56,138 nucleotides of DNA from Archaeoglobus sp. JdFR-37 (GTDB lineage: Archaea; Halobacteriota; Archaeoglobi; Archaeoglobales; Archaeoglobaceae), in NCBI GenBank assembly GCA_002010215.1, contig MTMY01000032.1, positions 62,001 to 118,138 on the forward strand. Direction: 5' to 3'. Below the pieces are notes generated by a model that was given only the letters and a program-made list of their open reading frames with translations, ran no database searches and had not been told where the DNA came from. Below, one piece after another: positions 50,019-56,138 of this stretch. Position 1 is the first letter of the stretch. Each line of letters begins with the position of its first letter. Position numbers and translations under genes: made by a program.

Positions 50019-50990
50019 ATGAGCTGGTTTGACAGAGTTATCCAGCCAATGCTGGCCAGACCTTCAAAGCCTTTCAGCTCACCCAACTTCATTTACGAAC
50101 TTAAATTTGATGGGACAAGATGCATTTCCTTCATTGACGTTGAGAGAAATCAAATAAGGATGCAGAATCGGAGATTAATGGAGATCTCCTACAGATACCC
50201 TGAAATAGATTTGCCATCAGCTTTCGGCAAAAGTGTAGTGGTGGATGGGGAGATAGTTGTTCTGAAAGGTGGCAAGCCAGATTTTAGCTTGCTCCAGAAG
50301 CGGGAGCATGTGGAGTCAAGAACAAAAATTTCGCTACTTTCGAAACTGTATCCTGCAACTTACATGGTTTTTGATATCCTTTATATTAATGGAGATGGTT
50401 GGATTATGGACAGAGCGCTGAAAGAGAGAAAAGAGGCGCTGGAAGAAGTCATCTCCGAAACTCCACACGTTCTGAAAGTTGAATGGATTAAAAGCAAGGG
50501 GGGCGAGTTTTATGAGAAGGTTGTCGCCCTCGGAATGGAAGGAATTATGGCAAAAAAGCTTGGCTCAGTGTATCAACCCGGTAGGAGGAGTGAAGATTGG
50601 CTTAAGATAAAGAAGAGCGACACTGTCGACTGCGTGATTGCTGGCTACCTCGAAGGTGAAGGGTGGCGGACTGGTTACTTCGGCTCCCTGATTCTGGCAC
50701 TGTATGATGGCAATACTCTTGTCCACGTGGGTCAGGTGGGCACTGGCTTCGATTCAGAATTTGTAAGACAATTTGGAGAAAAGTTGAAGGAAATCGAAGT
50801 TGATCAACCCTACTTCGATACTGAGTTCAAGCGGAAAGTTCACTGGGTCAAACCGGTTTACGTCTGCGAGGTGGAGTATCTGGAGACCACAAAGGATGGG
50901 AAGCTCAGGGCACCGGTTTTCAGAAGGTTGAGAAGTGATAAGAGTCCGGAGGAGTGCACAGTTGACCAAATCATTGACAGAATCGACTAA
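50019..50990 (+). CDS. ATP-dependent DNA ligase, stand-alone LigD/LigC-type ligase domain
   Basis: ELKFDGTR, VDGEIV, VFDIL, EGIMAK, YQPGRRSEDWLKIK, VGTGF, LRAPVF. Confidence 0.93.
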   Translation: MSWFDRVIQPMLARPSKPFSSPNFIYELKFDGTRCISFIDVERNQIRMQNRRLMEISYRYPEIDLPSAFGKSVVVDGEIVVLKGGKPDFSLLQKREHVESRTKISLLSKLYPATYMVFDILYINGDGWIMDRALKERKEALEEVISETPHVLKVEWIKSKGGEFYEKVVALGMEGIMAKKLGSVYQPGRRSEDWLKIKKSDTVDCVIAGYLEGEGWRTGYFGSLILALYDGNTLVHVGQVGTGFDSEFVRQFGEKLKEIEVDQPYFDTEFKRKVHWVKPVYVCEVEYLETTKDGKLRAPVFRRLRSDKSPEECTVDQIIDRID

Positions 50991-51004
50991 CCTAACCCTG
51001 ACAG

Positions 51005-51364
51005 GTGATGGAAATGCAACCGCTCTACAGACAGCTTAACCTGACAGCAAGAGAGGCTGCGGAGATAATGGCCACTGTTACAGAGATTTTATCCAGAAAA
51101 TTAGGAGATGATGAGGTAATAAAGGAGCTCATCAAGCTGTACAAAGGGGAGAAGCTTTGCTTTGCGGTGCTGACTCTTAGCAGGCTTCTCGGAATGGTTC
51201 TCGCAGTAAACGAGCCTGAGAGAGCAAAAAGTATAGTTCTGGACTTCACAAGATTCATGAAAATACTGGAGAAGGATGGCAGGGAGAGGCTGGTGAAGGT
51301 GATAGAGCAGGAGATTCTGGAGGAGGTGACTTTTGAAGTAGAAAAGCTTAAGGATGCTTTTTGA
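51005..51364 (+). CDS. Hypothetical helical protein, third gene of the ku-lig unit
   Basis: 119-aa ORF 14 nt after the ligase, AGGTGA SD-like element, host-like codon use. Confidence 0.7.
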   Translation: MMEMQPLYRQLNLTAREAAEIMATVTEILSRKLGDDEVIKELIKLYKGEKLCFAVLTLSRLLGMVLAVNEPERAKSIVLDFTRFMKILEKDGRERLVKVIEQEILEEVTFEVEKLKDAF

Positions 51365-51432
51365 TTTCGGTGGATGGCTTTCTTGGAACGTCTTATAAAA
51401 GCCTCCCGTTAGCGAGTGAGAAAGACCCAAAA

Positions 51433-52143
51433 TCAAGGTCTAAACATGCATCCGTGTCCGGGTATTATGTAGTCCGCCAGATTTTTCAGCTTTTCAACGC
51501 TTTTCATGGCTTCATCTTCAGAATAGAAATCTGCATTGTACCTCCAAATCTTCCCCGCCAAATAGTAGCTGGGCGAAACCACAGCATCTCCGGCAATTGC
51601 GATTTTCATTTCACCAATGCCGATGATTCTTCCGCCAGATCTGTTTGAATTTGAATATCTCAGTCTTTCAGTTTTAACAACCAAGGACATGTGGTCTGCG
51701 GTATGTCCCGGAGTAGAAACAGTCCTTACACCATCGGCAATCCTGTCCCCATCCTTAACACCTATAGAATTAAACCCATATTTCTCCACAGCAGCCTTTG
51801 CCGTTACAATCTCGCTCTCGCGGAACATTCCCAAGTTTCCGAAATGATCCCTATGCCAGTGGGTTATGAAAACAATGTCAATATCTGATGGCTTAAGCCC
51901 CAGAATTGCGAGATTATGAAGCAAATTTTTCGTGTTCCATTCCCTATTCTCGTTGCTCAGGTTGAATTCGAAGTCGAAGCCGGTGTCCACAATTATTCTG
52001 GCGTCAGATTCGATGTAGGTGACAGTTGAGCCGCCACCAACACCACATAATTCTTTCAAGGCCACAGCTTTAAAATCAGCTTCCTCAAATGCCTCTAAGG
52101 TTAACGTTCCAAATTTAATTATCCTCACAGACCTTGCAGCCAT
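51433..52143 (-). CDS. MBL-fold metallo-hydrolase
   Basis: VDTG, THWHRDH, TPGHT, AGD, PGHG. Confidence 0.9.
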   Translation of the reverse strand: MAARSVRIIKFGTLTLEAFEEADFKAVALKELCGVGGGSTVTYIESDARIIVDTGFDFEFNLSNENREWNTKNLLHNLAILGLKPSDIDIVFITHWHRDHFGNLGMFRESEIVTAKAAVEKYGFNSIGVKDGDRIADGVRTVSTPGHTADHMSLVVKTERLRYSNSNRSGGRIIGIGEMKIAIAGDAVVSPSYYLAGKIWRYNADFYSEDEAMKSVEKLKNLADYIIPGHGCMFRP

Positions 52144-52202
52144 ACCTTCTAAATTTAAAAAAGGTGAATTAAAAAGCTTTCAAAAATCCCTGTAGAGAAA
52201 AT

Positions 52203-52850
52203 TTACCTTTTAAGAGCCGTTACAACGCCATGACACCTGCATGCTGTCCCTACCACAGCCTCTTGCCTCTCTGAGGCCCATATGAGAAGATTCAGAACAT
52301 CTTCGCCCTTCAACGCTCCAAGCCCCGGTTCCAGATAGTGACTCTGAATTATGAATCCATCAGGTGCCGCGAAACGGAGTAATTCGTACATCGGGGCTGG
52401 CTTTTTCGCTCCTGTGACTGGACAGACGTCAGGAGCCCTACACTTCGGCAAACAATCCCCGTCTCTGTTGTAGCTGACAATTATGCTGCCCCTGGTCACA
52501 GAAACAACGATCTTCGCTGGCAATCCCGGCAAAATGCAGTCAACACCTTCATTCCAAGGCTCAAATCCGTATTTTTCAGTTAGTAGTGCAGCAGCGATGT
52601 GGATGGGAGCGGTGGGGAAAACGTATTCGGGTTTCAGCTCCTCCACCAGCTTCAGCACCTCTCCAATCCCACCCCTGACAAACAATCTTCCCTTTGCAGG
52701 TTTAATACCAGCATCAATAACCCCAAAACCGTACTTCTGCTGAACCATACAATCCTCATCAACATCAACCACAACAAAGTCACGTTGATGCTTCATAAGG
52801 TACTCTACAGCTTCCAGGCCGTATTTTCCACCACCGACCACGATATCCAT
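52203..52850 (-). CDS. Uncharacterised Rossmann-fold protein with Cys-rich C-terminal domain
   Basis: VVGGGKYG, PTAPIH, CLPKCRAPDVCP, TACRCHG. Confidence 0.7.
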   Translation of the reverse strand: MDIVVGGGKYGLEAVEYLMKHQRDFVVVDVDEDCMVQQKYGFGVIDAGIKPAKGRLFVRGGIGEVLKLVEELKPEYVFPTAPIHIAAALLTEKYGFEPWNEGVDCILPGLPAKIVVSVTRGSIIVSYNRDGDCLPKCRAPDVCPVTGAKKPAPMYELLRFAAPDGFIIQSHYLEPGLGALKGEDVLNLLIWASERQEAVVGTACRCHGVVTALKR

Positions 52851-52853
52851 TAT

Positions 52854-53888
52854 TCACCCCTCACCAAGCTTGGGAACTTTTCCGCTTCTTCTCGGCCTGA
52901 AATTGTTGAAGATGGCTGGAAAGCCCACAATAGTATAACTTCTATCGAATTCTGCAGTGCCAAAGATTTCTTCATCCACCAAATGCCGGACGTTTTCAAG
53001 GCTGCTGACAATTCCGAAGGGGACTTTATCGCCTAAAAGCTTTTCAAGCTCCTTTGCCTCCATCTCCCCAACTTTCTCGGCAATTGCTCTCCTTATCTCC
53101 TCCTGTCTCTCCACCCTCTCCTCAAATGTTATGTCTCCATAATCCAGACCAAGGGCTTCACACAGCCTCTTCCAGAAATGGGGCTCGTTAAGGATGCCAA
53201 AAGTAATGTAACCATCCTTCGCTCTGTATATCTCATACCCGGGATTCGAAACGAAGTCTTCTGCAATCTCCATTCCGTTCAGCAGTCTGGAGGAGTGGAT
53301 TGGAATGGCTGCAAGAACCGTGCCAAGCATGCTTATATCAATGTAGCAGCCCTCTCCTGTTTTCAGCTTTCGCACGTAAGCAGACAGGATCGCTATGGTG
53401 GCAAATACAGCAGAAGAGAAGTCTGATATCTGGACGTTCGGATCGTACGGCTTACCAAGCTTTGCTCCCGCTATCTCGCAAATCCCTGCCATGCTGATAA
53501 CGTTGATATCGTGTACTGGAGCGTTTATCCTTGGGTTCTGACCCATACCAGAAATCGAACAATATATGATTGAGGGGTTGACTTCTCTGGCAGCTTCGTA
53601 ATCCACACCGAGTTTCGCAGCCACACCGGGGCGAAAGCCCTCAACAACAACATCGCTATCAGCCACAAGCTCCAGAAACTTTTTCCTCCCCTTCTCTTCC
53701 TTCAAATTCAGAACCAAGCTTCTCTTATTCCTGTTCAGCGCAGCAAATATCTCTCTTCTGTACCTGATGGGGTCACCGGTAGGCGGTTCGATTTTGATTA
53801 CCTCTGCTCCGAGTTCTGCAAGCATCTGGGTGCAGTAAGGGCCAGGATAGAAGTAAGCCATCTCAATTACCCTCATTCCATCAAGCAT
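52854..53888 (-). CDS. CaiB/BaiF family III CoA-transferase
   Basis: PGPYCTQMLAELGAEVIKIEP, NRNKRS, EGFRPG, SISG, HD. Confidence 0.93.
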   Translation of the reverse strand: MLDGMRVIEMAYFYPGPYCTQMLAELGAEVIKIEPPTGDPIRYRREIFAALNRNKRSLVLNLKEEKGRKKFLELVADSDVVVEGFRPGVAAKLGVDYEAAREVNPSIIYCSISGMGQNPRINAPVHDINVISMAGICEIAGAKLGKPYDPNVQISDFSSAVFATIAILSAYVRKLKTGEGCYIDISMLGTVLAAIPIHSSRLLNGMEIAEDFVSNPGYEIYRAKDGYITFGILNEPHFWKRLCEALGLDYGDITFEERVERQEEIRRAIAEKVGEMEAKELEKLLGDKVPFGIVSSLENVRHLVDEEIFGTAEFDRSYTIVGFPAIFNNFRPRRSGKVPKLGEG

Positions 53889-54042
53889 AGGGTTTGATTT
53901 CCAGCAGTAAATTAAATACCTTCCTTTTTAGAGCACTCTAAAGACTTTTAAGCTGTAAAAATTATAATTATTAATAGGGATTTTTATGAAAAGTTCGAAA
54001 GGTATTTATTAATCTCATCAGACTCCCTTGAGGTGTTGCCTT

Positions 54043-55221
54043 ATGGTAAAGACCGTTGTAGTTAGCGGAACTCGCACACCAATCGGAAAATTCGGAGGAT
54101 CACTCAAAGACCTTTCTCCTGTTGAACTTGGAGCATTGGTGATACGAGAGGCAATTGCGAGAGCGGATATAAAGCCGGAGGATGTGGATGAGGTAATAAT
54201 GGGACATGTTGTGACGGCTGGATGCGGTCAGAATACTGCGAGGCATGCGGCTTTGAAGGCTGGCCTGCCCAATACCGTCCCGGCCTATCAGATTAACAAG
54301 GTCTGCACCTCCGGCCTGAAGGCTGTGGCTCTCGCTCACCTCATGATCCAAATGGGCGAGGCTGAGGTGGTGGTTGCAGGCGGAATGGAGAGTATGAGCA
54401 ACGCTCCTTATGCTCTGCTTAAAGCAAGATGGGGCTACAGGATGTTCAATGCCGAGCTTGTTGACCTGATGGTTCATGACGGGCTCTGGGACCCGGTTTA
54501 CAACCAGCACATGGCAGAGAACACCGAGGATGTGGCTGACGAATTTGGAGTCAGCAGAGATGAGATGGATGAGTGGAGCTATCAGAGCCACATGAAGGCA
54601 GTAAAGGCAATTGATGAGGGCAAATTTGCTGAAGAAATCCTGCCGGTGGAGATAAAACAGAAGAAGGGGAGCGTAGTTGTGGATACTGACGAATGTCCGA
54701 GGCGTGACACAACGCTGGAGAAGATAAAGAGCCTTTCGCCGGTTTTCAGGAAAGATGGGAAGATTACTGCTGCAAACGCTCCAAATACCAGTGATGGGGC
54801 TGCGGCGGTTGTCCTTATGAGTGAGGATAAGGCAAAGGAGCTGGGAGTTGAGCCAAAGCTGGAGGTTATCACCCACGGCCAGGCTTCAAGAGATCCGAAG
54901 TACATAGCAACTGTACCAGCCTATGCCGCCGAAACTGCCCTGAAGAAAGCTGAACTCAGCAAAGACGAGATTGACGTATGGGAGATAAATGAGGCTTTTG
55001 CCGCTGTAACTTTGATAAGCTCAAAACTCCTCGACATAGACCTTGACAGGGTGAATGTGAACGGAGGAGCTGTTGCCCTCGGCCACCCCATAGGCGCAAC
55101 AGGCGCAAGGCTGGTTGTAACGCTTATGCACGAAATGTTGAGAAGAAAGAGTGAATACGGCGTAACCACCCTCTGCGCAGGTCTCGGGCAGGGAGATGCC
55201 GTTGTATTCAGGCTATACTAA
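54043..55221 (+). CDS. Acetyl-CoA C-acyltransferase (thiolase)
   Basis: RTPIGKFGG, NKVCTSG, NEAFA, GHPIGATG, LCAGLG. Confidence 0.96.
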   Translation: MVKTVVVSGTRTPIGKFGGSLKDLSPVELGALVIREAIARADIKPEDVDEVIMGHVVTAGCGQNTARHAALKAGLPNTVPAYQINKVCTSGLKAVALAHLMIQMGEAEVVVAGGMESMSNAPYALLKARWGYRMFNAELVDLMVHDGLWDPVYNQHMAENTEDVADEFGVSRDEMDEWSYQSHMKAVKAIDEGKFAEEILPVEIKQKKGSVVVDTDECPRRDTTLEKIKSLSPVFRKDGKITAANAPNTSDGAAAVVLMSEDKAKELGVEPKLEVITHGQASRDPKYIATVPAYAAETALKKAELSKDEIDVWEINEAFAAVTLISSKLLDIDLDRVNVNGGAVALGHPIGATGARLVVTLMHEMLRRKSEYGVTTLCAGLGQGDAVVFRLY

Positions 55222-55278
55222 ATCTATCATCTTATTTTAAGTAAATGAAGTAGATGGAAGGAGATGGAGGAGGTCACT

Positions 55279-56138
55279 ATGGAGTTCAGCCTGGGTGAGG
55301 AGCACAGAATGCTCCAAGATGCTGTTAGGGAATTCGCCGAGAAGGAGATAATGCCCTACGGAAAGGAGTACGATGAGAGGAAGGAGTATCCCATGGAGAT
55401 CTACAAAAAAGCCGCCAAACTCGGTTTCATAGGTGCAAGCATCCCTGAGGAGTACAACGGGGCAGGGATGGACTGTCTTGCAGAGGCAATTATAAGCATG
55501 GAGTTTACTAGGGCCGATAGTGCCATTGGCAGCGCTATAGACTTGGCAGTGCTTGGAGTCCCGATGATCCTCCGCTTCGGCAGCGAGGAACTGAAGGAGA
55601 AGTATATGGCGAGAGTTCCGAAAGGTGACGGTCCATCGGCTATAGCCATCACTGAACCGGACTGTGGATCAGATGTCGCAGCTATGCGGACGAAAGCCGT
55701 GAAAGATGGCGATGAGTGGGTTATAAACGGCACCAAGACCTTCATCACCAACGGCGGTGTGGGAGTATACACTGTTGTACTCGCAAAAACTGCCGATGTT
55801 GAGCCGCCCCATAGAGGCATCTCAGCCTTTGTGGTTGAGCAGAATAGAGAAGGTTATGAGGCTAAGCCCATCGAGAAAATGGGGATGCACTGCCACGATA
55901 CCAGCGAAGTCGTCCTGAAAAACGTGAGAGTGCCGGCGGAGAACCTTATAGGTGAGGAAAATAAAGGTTTCTACCAGCTCATGCAGTTCTTCAACGAGAG
56001 TAGGATAAAGATTGGAGCACTCCACCTCGGCATAGCAATTGGAGCATACGAAAGAGCTCTGGAATATGCGAAGCAGCGAAAGGCATTTGGAAAGCCGCTT
56101 GCAGAACATCAGGCGATACAGTTCAAGTTGGCGGATAT
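55279..56138 (+). CDS. Acyl-CoA dehydrogenase, 5' part; runs off the window end
   Basis: Manual translation MEFSLGEEHRMLQDAVREFAEKEI...AITEPDCGSDVAA...INGTKTFITNG...RKAFGK; SD GGAGG. Confidence 0.95.
   Translation, partial: MEFSLGEEHRMLQDAVREFAEKEIMPYGKEYDERKEYPMEIYKKAAKLGFIGASIPEEYNGAGMDCLAEAIISMEFTRADSAIGSAIDLAVLGVPMILRFGSEELKEKYMARVPKGDGPSAIAITEPDCGSDVAAMRTKAVKDGDEWVINGTKTFITNGGVGVYTVVLAKTADVEPPHRGISAFVVEQNREGYEAKPIEKMGMHCHDTSEVVLKNVRVPAENLIGEENKGFYQLMQFFNESRIKIGALHLGIAIGAYERALEYAKQRKAFGKPLAEHQAIQFKLAD

Overview
Chromosomal segment of a euryarchaeon, most likely Archaeoglobaceae. The lineage call rests on the thermosome, TFB, aIF2-alpha-nop10-PAC2, gar1, cofE, ahbC, the uL1-uL10-P1 operon and an IscS with Lys replaced by Asp. 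Most of the window is housekeeping or metabolic: a branched-chain amino acid ABC transporter, alaS, valS, ilvD, Fe-S/sulfur relay genes, a PAS/GAF two-component cluster and fatty-acyl-CoA genes. There is one tRNA-Cys(GCA). No CRISPR array, transposase or integrase was seen. Highlights read from the sequence: (1) a membrane-protein gene (41287-41673) broken by a clean 210-bp internal inversion with no inverted repeats, inside a small foreign-looking island at the tRNA 3' end, in a genome that encodes Ku plus a LigD-type ligase; (2) the ac4C writer TmcA/Nat10 translationally coupled to an ASCH protein carrying YqfB-like ac4C-amidohydrolase residues, flanked by a GNAT and a hotdog thioesterase; (3) an unannotated 53-aa Cys-rich microprotein in front of DUF72; (4) a tusA-dsrE-iscS(K->D)-iscU-PDO operon; (5) a uL1-binding RNA leader overlapping the rpl1 SD; (6) a vapC/MFS deletion scar; (7) a structured GC-rich intergenic RNA candidate. 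All family calls come from motif recognition; no database search was run.
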